Shown here: positions 27,765 to 40,347 of the stretch, piece by piece | Layout: each line of letters begins with the position of its first letter | Numbering within the stretch: position 1 is the first letter of the stretch | Assembly (NCBI GenBank): GCA_032718475.1 | Contig: JAUCBJ010009163.1 | Coordinates: forward strand, 1-64,000 | Length of the DNA stretch: 64,000 bases | From: Nemertoderma westbladi | Lineage: Eukaryota; Animalia; Xenacoelomorpha | Direction: 5' to 3' | Made by a program: the position numbers and the translations under genes | Notes under the pieces: model-generated | Databases searched by the model: none | Seen by the model: the letters and a program-made list of their open reading frames with translations, nothing else | What the model was told of the DNA's origin: nothing

Positions 27765-28370
27765 GGATTCCTTAGTGACGAAGGTTCCTTAGCGACGAGG
27801 GTTCCTTAGCAACGAGGGTTCCTTAGCAACGAGGGTTCCTTAGCAATGAGGATTCATTAGCGACGAGGTTTCATTAGCGACGAGGGTTCCTTAGCGACGA
27901 GGGTTCATTAGCGACGAGGATTCCTTAGCAACGAGGGTTCCTTAGCAACGAGTGTTCCTTAGCAACGAGAGTTCATTAGCGACGAGGCCTCCTTAGCGAC
28001 GAGGGTTCATTTCCTTAGCAACAAGGATTCCTTAGCGACGACGGTTCCTTTGTGACGAGGGATCCTTAGCAACGAGGGTTCCTTAGCAACGAGGGTTCAT
28101 TAGCGACGAGGGTTCCCTAGTGACGACGGTTCCTTTCCTTAGCAACGAGGATTCCTTTTGCTACGACGGTTCCTTCGTGACGAGGGTTCCTTAGCAACGA
28201 GGGTTCCTTAGCAACGAGGGTTCCTTAGCAACGTGGGTTCCTTAGCATCGAGGGTTTCTTAGCGTCGAGGGTTCCTTAGCAACGAGGGATTCTCAGCAAC
28301 GAGAGTTACATTCCTTAGCAACGAGGGATCCATTCTTTAGCGACGTGGGTTCCTTAGTGACGAGGGTTCC
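27765..28370. repeat. 17-bp minisatellite (GAGGGTTCCTTAGCAAC), roughly 35 units
   Basis: Head-to-tail degenerate units with no unique spacers. Confidence 0.92.
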
Positions 28371-28419
28371 AAACAAAGGAGAGCGATCTACAGTATCGAG
28401 GTTTGTCTCTTTAACAACT

Positions 28420-28692
28420 ATTTGTCTGCATCCTTCACTTTCTATAGGAACATTATTCTAATCATCATTTGCCCCATTGCCGTATCGCTTAATTACATAC
28501 CTATCAAATGTGGCATCAGCTATAATCATTCATTTACTTCAATATTTATGTTTAACACCCATCATTATTCATTATTGCTTTACCTGATTTGTCTGCATCC
28601 TTCATTTTCTAATAGAACATTATTTTAATCATCATTTGCCCCATTGCCGTATCGCTTAATTACATACCTATCAAATTGTGCATCAGCTATCA
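28420..28692. repeat. ~105-bp direct duplication upstream of the CRE ORF
   Basis: TTTGTCTGCATCCTTCA...CATCAGCTAT at ~28420 and ~28588. Confidence 0.8.
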
Positions 28693-28831
28693 CTAAATCA
28701 TTAATTTATTTCTTAAATATTTTTGTTTAATACTTTTGTTTGATTATTATTCACTATTGCCGATATAGTACCGCTCTGTTTAGGTATTTCATATTATTAG
28801 ATTTATTTTGGTACAAACAGCAGACAGTTCT

Positions 28832-31800
28832 ATGATGCCAGCCTGCTGTGGGAGTCACCCTATGAAAGGGAAATGTTCCCGGTGCGCATGTGTTAAGCTG
28901 GGACGTCCATGTACCACATGTGCGCCTGCTGTGGGTGGGCGCTGCTCGAATTCGATCGGAATAATCAGGTCCCAACCCGATATCCCCCATTCCGATCCTG
29001 CAGATGTAATTTATCCATCACCAACGAGTTTTTCGCAGCCGGCTAACAGCGACAGTGCCCCATATGTTAGCAGATATGTCCGAGAGGATACTCCCCCAGT
29101 TCCTGTCCAGTCGGTTGTAGCAATATCTGTGAATGGACCGACTTCCACCGATACAGAACACATAGCAATGCCTCCCGGCTACGGTGGTTCTGTGGGGCAT
29201 GGTGTCCTCGACTACTTGATGATGAATTCACCAAGAGCGAGACAGGCTACTGCTTCACTACGAGTCAATGATGATATACCACGAGATATAAACACTCACA
29301 CGCATACAAACTCAACTGTGGACGAACTAGATGACATAATAATGGACCTCACATCAACGCCTGGTAATGATAATGATTACATTGACTTGGACAGTACGCT
29401 AATCAGGTCCGTGAACAACGCAATGGGACCTGCCCCAGGGTGGGCAATCAGTCATTCTGGCGATGCCCTTGTTCAGTCCGGTTTCGCAGCTGGTCATTCA
29501 AATGAAACAACTGGTATCACCATTGTTGGTCAGTATGGTATTGATGAGGCTGGTCAGCCCGGTATAGATGAACTCAGCCTGTCGGGTTTCACAGTTAGTC
29601 AAGCTGGTTTCGTAGCTGGTCAGTCCAATATCGCCATTGTTGGCCATTCCGGTATCGCCGTCATAGATCAGTCTGGTAATGATGAAGTTAGCCAGTCCAG
29701 TTTCACAGTTGGTCAGGACGTTGCATCAGTTGATATTGTTGCTGGTCTGTCCGGTTTCGCTGCTGGTCAGCCTGGTATTGACGAAGTCACTCATCAGTCC
29801 GGTGTCAGTCAGTCTGGGGTTGGTCAGATTGAGGTTAGTCAGGCTGACATTGACCAGTCTGGTATCGATCAGTCTGGGGGCAGTCAATCCAGTGCCGGTC
29901 ATTCCGGCATTCGACAGTCTGGTATCAATCAGCCCGGTGCTGGTCAGATTGGGGTAAGTCAGTATGGTACTGGTCAGCCTGGTGTCAGTAAGTCAAGTGC
30001 TGGCCCAGGTGTCAGTCAGTCTGGCATCAATCAGTCCGGTTCTGGCACTGGTGTCAGTCAGTCTGGCGCCAATCATTCTGGTGTTGTTCAGTCTAGCTTC
30101 AGTGAATATGGGGACCGTCCTCCCGGAGCACCAACCCATATACCAGCTCAGTCAGGTGTCGGTCGGTCTGTCGATGGTCATTCTGGTATACCAATACTCA
30201 GGGATGGTCAGTCCATATCACTACCCAGTGGCAGGCAGATTGGTGTCATGCCCAGTGTCAGTCAGTGCGGTTCACCAATATCCACAAACATATTGGATGA
30301 TCCATCAGTAGACAGACTGATGGAACGTGCATATGGAGCTAAACTGACCCACAACAAAGACCTATGTGCCGAGTCTGTGTGGCATAAACGTTGGTGCCAG
30401 GTGACGGATAACACTGTACCATCACTATACATTGTCCCCAGTGGTGCAGTTGGCCGACACTTCGTGTCAGCTCTGTCCATTGAGGTGGAAAAACTGGCAT
30501 CAGATGTAACAACCTCTGAGCGCATTTTGGTGTTTGAGTCCCTCATGCTACAACGGGAGAAAGCCATAGTAAAGGGTTCCGATATCCGCCGACTACTGCA
30601 GCGTAGAATCGACATGTGGCATGAATCGAAATTCGATGAACTCATGAGTGAATTTAAGCGCTGCAATCGTTTAAACAAAACCAAAAGAGTCTCCGCTCAA
30701 CTGGAGCCCCAGCATACAGAGCGAGTATTTACTAAACTCATGCTCCAAGGCAGAGTCCGAGCAGCTGTGCGCTGGGTTACTGAGAGAAGTGTGGGAGGAG
30801 TATTAGACCCCCTATCCAAGATTGAAATCAAGGGGGAAGTTAAACAAGTGCTGGATGTCCTTCAATGCAAACACCCTGACTCATCACCACTGAAACTGGA
30901 TAGTCTGTTTGGTTATGATATGGTAGATCTTCCAACTATGGTGCCAGTTGATATTACTGCAACTCACGTGGAAGCAGTGGCCCATAAACTACAAGGCGGC
31001 GCTGGACCAGGTGGGGCAGATTCTGTTCATTGGCGTGATATGCTCCTCTACAGAGGTGCCCAGAGTGAGCGACTACGTGAGGCAGTAGCTAGTCTTATCC
31101 GAAGGCTAGCCAATGGTAGTGTTGAATGGGTGAGTATACGAGCTCTCATGGCTAGTAGACTGATTGCGTTAAACAAGTGTCCTGGGGTACGTCCAATAGG
31201 GATCGGGGAATCACTAAGATGGGTTATGGGGAAGTGTATGGCTGATGCAACAGGTGGTGACGTGCAAGAACTCTGTGGTGTCGACCAACTGTGTAGTGGG
31301 TTGTCTGCTGGAATAGAGTCGGCAATACATGTCATTAGAGACCTCTGGGATGAACACACTGGTCAGGGATGGGGAGTGTTATTAGTCGATGCGAAGAATG
31401 CTTTCAATTCCATCAATAGAATCACAGCTCTGTGGAATATTCGAATTTTCTGGCCTCGATGTGCTCGATTCTTTTTTAATACCTACCGAGGTTACTCAAT
31501 TCTGGTTCTCCATGGGCCTTCCGGAACTCTCCATTTACTCAGCAGAGAAGGATTCACACAGGGAGACCCACTGTCAATGCTGGGATATGCTGTCGCTGTC
31601 TACCCCCTTATCCTAGAACTGAAATCTGACGAATATAATCAGGTATGGTTTGCAGATGATTCAGAGAACGTGGGCGAATTGATAACGCTTCAAGAGTGGT
31701 TCATTCGTCTCATAAAGCGTGGACCATCCTATGGGTATTTCCCAGAGCCTGATAAATGCACCCTTGTCGTTGATAGTGGTGATGAGACAACTGCACGCCA

Positions 31801-33170
31801 TTTATTCAGTGGACTCGGCATCAATGTGGATGGGAGTGGTGTGGTAAATGGTACCAGGACTCTGGGTGGATTCGTCGGTGATAACAGTCTCCTAAATCAG
31901 TATATATCTTCAAAGGTTTCCAAGTGGGAGGCTGACATAGAACGCCTTGCAGAGATTGCCGTCAACCAACCACAAGCCGCCTACTCAGCCATAACACGCT
32001 CACTGCAATTTCAATGGGGATTTCTCCAGCGAGTGATGCCATCTAGCACAAAGGAACTGTATACACCAATAGAGAACGCCTTGCGTGACAAGTTCCTTCC
32101 AGCGATTATGGGTGGTTCAGTTTCCAATGTGGAACGGAAGCTGCTTTCCTTACCAGTAGGCAAAGGTGGCTTGGGAATCCCTGATCCGACTCAGACAGCA
32201 ACTACCTCACTAGAGACTTCTCGATCCGCAACGCAAGTGGCATGTGAAGCAATCAAAAGTCGATCAGAAATTAACTTTTATGAACATGGGCGCTCCGTGA
32301 AGGAGGCACGGCAATCCCACTCCAAGCAGGCATGTGAACACGCCGACAACATCCTTGATTCGGTGCAGAACGAAGCATCGACATCGAAGCTCTCGTCGAC
32401 GAGCAGTTGGAAGGGCCTCATCATCGACTTCGAGTTGGCTGACAGCACTTCCACTCAAGTCACAAAACTTCGATCTGGCAGCCAATGAGTTTAGGGATGG
32501 ACTCAGTCTTCGCTATGGACGTCCTCTAGTGGGTGCACCCACCAACTGTGATGGCTGCGGTTCAGCATTCACGCTCTCACACGCTTTGGATTGCAAGAAG
32601 GGTGGTTTAGTAACATTGCGTCACAACGAGGTGCGAGATGCCCAGGGTGAGCTCTTTAGCCTGGTCTTCTCGGAGGCATCAGTAGAGAGAGAGCCCATCA
32701 TCCGCGAGGCAGATGAGCAACACAACATGGAAGGACTGCGAGGTGACTTATCTGTACGGGGATTCTGGCAGCAGCAGAGGAGGGCGTTGTTTGATATTCG
32801 AGTTGTTGACTCTGACGCCCCCTCTTATGCTACCAGATCAGTACAATCGCTATTGAGCAGCGCAGAAAGAGAGAAGGAAAATAAATATCTGGACGCTTGC
32901 ACACAACGTCAGGCTGACTTCTCCCCTTTGGTTACCACAGTAGATGGCGTTCTGGGTACAGAGTACTCCATGGTCCTCCGCCGCCTGGCTGAGTTCCTCA
33001 GTACCAAGTGGGATAAACCCTACTCCCAGGTAATGTGCTGGGTCCGAACCAGACTGTCATTTGCGACACTGAGGGCCACCTGTGCCTGTTTTAGATCATC
33101 CAGGTCACGTTGGCGGTGCTCAGGTGTAACTGATGGAGCTGCACTACCTCGATTTACACTCGAGACCTAG
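28832..33170 (+). CDS. CRE-like RT-RLE polyprotein with one frameshift near 32390
   Basis: N-terminal Cys cluster, G/S/Q repeats, RT motifs GVRPIGIGE, DAKNAFNS, QGDPLS, WFADD, GGLGIPDP; second frame SSWLTALPL, CDGC...HALDC, RHNEVRD, GDL...FDIRV (restriction-like endonuclease). Confidence 0.88.
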
Positions 33171-33554
33171 ACACTTCCTGCAGCTGGTATTGAATAGTTT
33201 GCATTTTCAGGTTGTACAGTTTGCAGGGTTATCAACACTATTTTACTATAGCGATATATGTTTGTCTTCTGTCTTTCCTCCACTTTTTGGCCATATTTCA
33301 TTAATATTCTGTGCAGGTTATTGTCATTGTTATTGTTATTTACCATTAATTAATAATCTTTATATATTACTTTAACCCAGTAACCTAATTAACAAATCAA
33401 ATACAAAATAGGCTTGGCCTACCCCATCCCACAAGGAGGTTGAAAAAAAAAAAAGTATTTTAGATTATTTGAAAGAAATTTATTTTGTTTGTATACATCA
33501 CCTTATACTCTTCTACAGTTGGAGGGAAACATTGTATGATTTCCCTTGGAGCGG

Positions 33555-35857
33555 TGTTACGGTATATGGCGCTGTATCCACATTGTTAGCCGTTGTACTG
33601 TATACACAATATTAGTTATTATGCAGTACACATTATTAGCCATTATACAGTATAATATATTGGTTCATTATACAGTATAATATATTAGTCCGTTATACTG
33701 TACGCAATATTAGTCCGTTATGCAGTATAATATTTTAGATAAGACATAATAGCGCAGTGACATTTAGATAAGGAAATTAAAACGCCCATATATTTTGAAC
33801 TCATCCATTTTGTATAGTATGTAGCCCTACCTACGTAATTTTGTAATATGATATAAGTAGATAGTTCCAGGGTAGCAAGTTCAGTCGGACCCTGGATATT
33901 TCGGGCTTGCTGTTATTAGCCTCGATGGGCTAGCTATCACGGGTCTGATTTCTTTATAATCGCGCTAAATTAACTTTTGTGCATCATGTTATTAGTACCG
34001 CTAAATTAAGCATCGGCAAAATTACCTTATATGGTGACGTTTTGAGGGTTTGGGAAGCAATAGGGCTACAATCCGGCTTTCTTATTGGACTAACTGTTTC
34101 CAGGTTGGTCTAATGCTAGCGCGGATTGGAGAGCCAATGAGAGAGCGATTGCATCACCCTTCTCGGATCACCTATAAATTGGCGGTTTGCCGGTAGAGCT
34201 GTACCTCATTTAGCTGTACCCAGCAATAACAGCAGCAACTCACTCAGACATATTTAGTGCCATTAAGTTTAGGAGTATAATTTGTGTGTATTTTCTGCAT
34301 TTCTACCTTTTCGATTAATTTCTTGGAATGATTCGTTAGTGCTACTATTCTCACTTGTGTTTCTCAATCAATCCCAACAATTACTGCTAATTACAGCCGG
34401 AACTATGATTTCTACCTCTTTTGTTAATGGTTCTATGTAATTCATTTCGACGCAATAATCCTACGGGATTTTCTGAGACTGGCAGACTTGTGATTTGCAT
34501 GCGCCGCTACGGTAGCTATTCATCTTGATGGAGGGCTAAGGTACCGGTAGGCGGTGAGCGCATCGGGGGGTTTTAGCGACTAAGGGAGTGCGGAGAATTC
34601 AAAGGCGGGCAACGCTGGTGGGGGTCAACGTTGCGGTCAGGCAACTCGCGTTGTAGCGGGCAGACCATTTGCTGGTACGGCAATTAAGGGGCTGATGATC
34701 CAGATTTTGTCTCTATTTTGTAGTATTAGGGGGGCAGGAATTGGGTTAGTTAGGAAGCCTTAGATGTACCGGGAGAGGTCTGCGTGCTTTACAATAGCGA
34801 ATTGCATGGCGAATTATATGATTGCGGATTGTATAATTGCAAGTTGTACTATTGTGATCTGTGATTGCTGACGCTGATTGGTGTGTTACTGAAGTGTGCC
34901 TATGATTACGAATGCTTAGGTAGGCGCCCCTTTTCTCTTTGATTGATTTCTATTTCTTAGTTTACAATAAATGATTACTGATTAGGTCAAAGTAATACAG
35001 TATTTTAGGCTGTTACTAGTGAAACCTGTTGTGTAATAAATTAGAATTACGCATTCTGGAACTCTTAGTAATTAGTACGCTGTTACATATTTGTGACTGT
35101 AATTAATTAGAAAAATTAAGAATTAGTACGCAGCATAGCGGAGAGTAGCTAAGGTAATAATTTAGAGTACCGTAAACTATTCACGCTGAGCGGTTATTTG
35201 AATTAGCGGGCAATAAGCTAGATCGCAGTATTCAATACGCAACACGCATTAGTAAATTGCTGGCCTAAAGCCAGCCGCAGGCAAGTTTAGACCCGGAGCG
35301 GTATTACCCACGAAAGATATCGTACCGTACCATTATTTGATTATTTTAAATATTCTCGCATTCACACATTCCGTTAGGGAACCCCCAGTATTCGCGATTA
35401 GAAATGACGTAGGCATTGGCGTACTTCAATAGTAGTAAAATTAGGCGTAACAATATACTCTGAGTGCAAAGCCTCTCGCACTCGTCTTAAGTAAGCTTAG
35501 GGAGCCGACTCGGGTTTATGGTTTTGGTTATTCCCGCGTGGCTCATAGATTCGAACAGTTAGCTCTCTGTCGAGCGATCGGTAGAGAAAGGAACAAGCGA
35601 TTTTGCAGGAGCCGTGTAAATTTAGTAAAATATATTAGCAGACGGCAGATTAGCGCCATCCAACGGTAAGTAGTGGTTTTGTATTTAGCAGCCCTACAAT
35701 TTAGTAATAGCACGCTCCTGATCACCTTTATTTAACAGTAGAGCAGTTTTTGTGTCTTATTGGTTAGGCGGGAACTCATTAGGTTAACAGAGAAGTATAC
35801 CAGTATTTGTCTGTTCAACAGTTCTGCTGTTAGTATAGGTGACGCGCTAGTTTAACA
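33555..35857 (+). repeat. 3' LTR of element A
   Basis: Follows PPT CCCTTGGAGCGG; ends TAACA followed by TSD GTATA. Confidence 0.95.
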
Positions 35858-37481
35858 GTATATATAAGTATAATTATAGACTAGAATTAATTACAGAATA
35901 CCGATATATAATTTCAGCTTAAATTTATAGAAATAAATATAATAAGCCTATCGTAAATACCGGTATGTCAATTATTTTAGAATAATTGAATTTCTGAATT
36001 TTAGGGGTTACTTTACTTTACTTTATTACCGTTATTTAAGCAGTAGTCCAACTGATATTAAGACCTAATTGTTGTATGACAGGCCTACTATTTTATAAAT
36101 CGGTTTGAGTTGATTTATAATATATATACCCGTTTAATGGGTTTTGTAACAATATTGGAAATAAATGTTATTATTTCTGGGAAGGAGTCACTACACAGAA
36201 GCTGTACGCTCTCAGTGAAGTGCTACTTGTTGGACACTACAACAAATAATTCTACTTGCCTAAGTTACTTATTACTACAAATTATGTACAATTGCGGGGT
36301 GAGATTACAATCTCTAAATAAACACAAAAATTACACGTACGAATTTTAGGGGTAATTTTACAAGGAATCTACAAACCAGCCTAACAAGGAGTTAGAATTT
36401 CTGGTTATTACAAACGGACAGGATACTTCGGTATTTGAAAATAATAAAGCAGTAGTAAATATATTGCGTTTTCCAGATAGGAAAAATACCACCGTCTGAC
36501 GAATTATAGCCGTAGCGCTATAAGTACTACATTATGTACCCAGAGTGTTCCTACCTAGAAGTTAATTACCGCAGCCTACTATAGCTAACGTGCCTATTAA
36601 CCACTTTACAACACAAATATTTACATTCGGAAAGCACTGTACACTAAACCCTAAATTAGGTACAAGTACTTATACAACAAATAACCAGCGGTTAAAAATA
36701 CTTGTACAGCTAAAAGAACCACGGTATCTGCCGGAGTGACCAGAGCATAAAATCACCAGTCTTTACCTACGCCGAACAGCCCTGATGTAGTACCGGGGTT
36801 AATTTAACTATAACGGTATGTATAACAAGCACAATTACTGTAGGAATAAACTTGGGGGTATGTATGTTGCGAATAATCGCATAAACTCTGAATAATAAAT
36901 ATTACGCTACCCGTACAGACTACACAAACAAAATAAAGACCAAACGCTGGCAGACTACTATCAAGCCTAAATAAACTACAGTATATGCAGACTCCGAAAT
37001 GGTTAGTTAGTATGCGTTCTAACCGAGTAGTACAACTTATTCTTTCGGGGGGGGGGGGGGGGGGGGGGGGATTTACCTTACAGCACTGGATGCCCCCACG
37101 TTCCTAACTAGTACTTTATCGGACATACACTCTATACACACTGCAATCTCTTCAGACTTAACAACAGCCAGACAACAATCCAGCCTACAAATTATCTGTA
37201 CAATCTGAGCAGGCTTACACGCCTTCTGTTCAATATTAACTTACAGGTAAATAAAACTGACAGAAATAAGTAAAATCCCAATAAAAAACCAGGGCGGCCG
37301 TCCCTGATTAAATATCAAGACCTACCGGTATATAATTATCAAAATCGAATAATACTGCTGTACCTGTACTGCTGTAAGTACCGGTTCGGGTGGTTAGGTA
37401 GTCAGGCCTACTGGTTACTGGTCGACTGGTACTTTTCGACTTTATTGCCTACGTTGCAATAAAGAAAGCTATAACTGTTAT

Positions 37482-38811
37482 TGTTCGCGCTTTTAGACGT
37501 TTAGCAGTTTAACCTGCCAAATTTAGGTGTCTTCTAGGTTATAAATCGACTTTAGCCTATCACAAGTATTTGATACACATAAAGCTACATTACCGAAGCC
37601 AGCCTATGCGCGATCATTCACCCACGGTTAAGGGAGACTGGATTCGGATGCTCTGACCTTTTTGCGGTGTAGGCCTACTGTATTATTCGACTGATCGTTA
37701 ATATATAATCTCTGACAAATATTATTCACTTTCGGGAAATATTAACAGTTCCTTTAGGACGTGGCGCTCTAAGTATGTAAACAGAGTTATGACTTACACT
37801 AAACACAACGGGATGGCTAATGATTTACGTATAAAGCGCATTCTTTAGGAAATGCTTTGTTATCTATCACACTCATGCACACTACCGCACAATGCTGCAC
37901 ACTGATCTGTCGACCTTCACTAATTTTAATCATATATAAGGAGAACAGCAACTGACACATGTAGGGTCTATGAAATAGCATTCAATTCACTCCAAAACCA
38001 CTATAATGTAAGTCGCAATTGCTATATGTAACCGGTCTCTCTAACCTTCAGTATATCAAGAAGATTGGGGTTTTCTGATTATTCATCAATATTCTCCAAA
38101 TATAACAATATTCCATCAACTGATAACACTTAATAACCGACAGTAAATAGCAGTAAAATAATGTGGTGAAAGGTACGTATAGTTATGATATGATAAGTGG
38201 TAGATAGATAGACTAACAGTTATACGTTTCTATGATCAAAGCCGTTCTAATGTTTGGCTAAAGTCTGAAACACAGAATAATTCCACAGCCGATGTTCGGG
38301 GCTCAGGAAAAAAGGTAAACAAAGACCATAATGCATTGCGCGATTTCCCGGAGGCTTCTGTGCAAATAAAATGAAAATCGCTCTGATTGGTCGAGCCGAA
38401 CAAAGAACAAAGAAAGCTCTACGTGGACATATCAGCTGATAGATGTCGTCATCTGAACTACACTGTATTAAGAGTATTTTGGTGCATTGCGGCATAAAAT
38501 CGCTAGTTATGTCCGCTAAAGTACACATACAGAAGAAGTGGCTTTTTATGTCCACTAAAACACCTGCACAGTAAGGAAACTGCTTTTTATGTCCGCTAAA
38601 ACACCTACAGAGTAACTGTATCAAGAGTATTTTGGCGTATTGCGGCATAAAATGGCTTGTTATGTCCGCTAAAGTACACATACAGAAAAAATGGCTTTTT
38701 ATGTCCACTAAAACACCTACACAGTAAGAAAACGGCTTTTTATGTCCGCTAAAACACCTACAGAGTACTTTGCGGGGAAAATGACTAGCTAGATCCGCAA
38801 AAGCCTTTACA
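37482..38811 (-). repeat. 5' LTR of element B (1330 bp, extra 153-bp unit)
   Basis: Matches 1595-2763; tandem 153-bp units start at 38462 and 38615. Confidence 0.92.
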
Positions 38812-40347
38812 TGTATTTTAATTTCCAATACTGGTGTTGACGAAAAGTTATAATTGGAGGGGGGTGCATGTTGATTGAAAGGCTGTTACCTTGACGATCC
38901 AAATGAGAGTTCAAATGGGTCTGTATCTCTATATACAGCCGCGGTGGTCTGCATACTAAGTAATCGGGTTTATTGTAGAATTAATTGATTTAATTCTAAT
39001 TGATTTAATTTGTAATTTTTTTTTTCAATACTGCTGCAGGAGAGGTAACAGTTTAAGTTCTATTTATATATTATCATTATTTATGAATTTTCTTCTGTTT
39101 TGGGTTCATTTTCTTTCACTTTTAACACTAAATGCAAGACTATATTTACAATGCAGGGCTACATACAGTACTTAAATACAACATTAAACAACAAAATAAA
39201 TTAACTTTATATTTATCAACCCGCAATATTTTTCAAATTCAATCGAATACTAAGGAAATTGGTGTGATCATAATTATACACTTTTTTTTACTACTGGTCT
39301 GGCAGGATATTTCCCCTTTTCTTTACTACACAATGTTTAGCACTACTTAACCACCTCCATCTCATATTTGGATTTTGGAATATAATCTCGAGATCTCATT
39401 GGAACTATCAACTTTATCTCCAGATTCCGAAACCGTTTTTAGCCCGTTTTCTATTTAGATGCAATACCGTAGCGACACCTAGCGGTTAATCGCTGCAAAT
39501 AAGCTGTATAAAACATGGTGACCGAACATGCCGTTAGGCGTTCTCGAATTAGCGCACGTCCAGCTAGGTGACGGCTTTGTAGCTAAATCTAAATCGGGGC
39601 TTAAATTCGACCGAGAATTGCGTGGCTAATTCGGTAGTGACACATCTAGGATCTTTTTAACGGCTTGATAAAGCGAAATAACTAGAAAAATTAGAAACCC
39701 GCCCAGGTCAGTACCGGTAGTAAGAAAACTATGTCGAACTTCCATCATTAGGAATGGAAGTTTTCCGGATATATGATTTATGGAGGAATTTTCCGATGGC
39801 CATTATGAAGGAATAACTTTTTTATATAGTATAATACAGAATTGAAGCAGTATTATTATTATTTTTATGTATTATTTTATGACTTTCTAGAACACTGAAA
39901 TTTAAGTATAAATTTAGATCCTGTTGTAATACTCACGAATTAATTTAAATATCGCTGTACAGCTCTGTTTGTAAATAAATGTGAATTTCTCAATTGCGTT
40001 TGATAACTGGCAGATTGATTTATATTTCAGTTTTAGTTTATTTCAGTTATTATAGTTATAAACGAAAAATTATTAAAATCGTAAACTTTTCAAGAAAATT
40101 TCAGGTGTTTCCGGACTGTCATCGTTTGTAATATTATGGAAGACCTTGATGGCCTAAGTAAAACAAAACTGGGACTAAGTGCATGGTACATGAGAGTCTA
40201 CTGCGGTATGGGACCTACTGCGGTACATGGCCTATTTGCTTCATAGTATTAGAATCAGGTTATATTTTGTAGAATGTAATTAGATGTTCTAGTTTAAATT
40301 GTTCTTTTAATAACACTAATAAATAATTTTTATTAATTTACTTTCAG

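Larger units (their letters stand above)
27623..33454 (+). mobile_element. CRE-like non-LTR retrotransposon inserted in A's 3' UTR
   Basis: Poly-A tail 33443-33454; candidate TSD AAGTATTTTA at 27613-27622 and 33453-33462; single RT plus restriction-like endonuclease ORF. Confidence 0.8.
11342..35857 (+). mobile_element. Bel/Pao LTR retrotransposon A, full-length, nested in the leader of B
   Basis: LTRs 11342-13643 and 33555-35857 (TGTTA...TAACA); TSD GTATA at 11337-11341 and 35858-35862; PPT GGAGCGG at 33548-33554. Two copies of a ~125-bp repeat of B's leader flank the insertion (~11212-11320, ~35858-35966). Confidence 0.95.
1595..38811 (-). mobile_element. Bel/Pao LTR retrotransposon B, non-autonomous, interrupted by element A
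   Basis: Direct-repeat LTRs 1595-2763 and 37482-38811 with TG...CA ends; TSD TGTAT at 1590-1594 and 38812-38816; minus-strand PPT GGAGCGG at 2764-2770; Bel/Pao gag-protease ORF inside. Confidence 0.92.

Noticed and set aside
27765-28370. CRISPR-like array
   Set aside because: Units are head-to-tail with no unique spacers, there are no cas genes, and the context is eukaryotic: a minisatellite.
40105-40258. Signal-peptide exon of the LU gene
   Set aside because: The hydrophobic frame ends in phase 1 at the 40259 donor while the next exon needs phase 0; the ATG-40136 frame does not look like a signal peptide.
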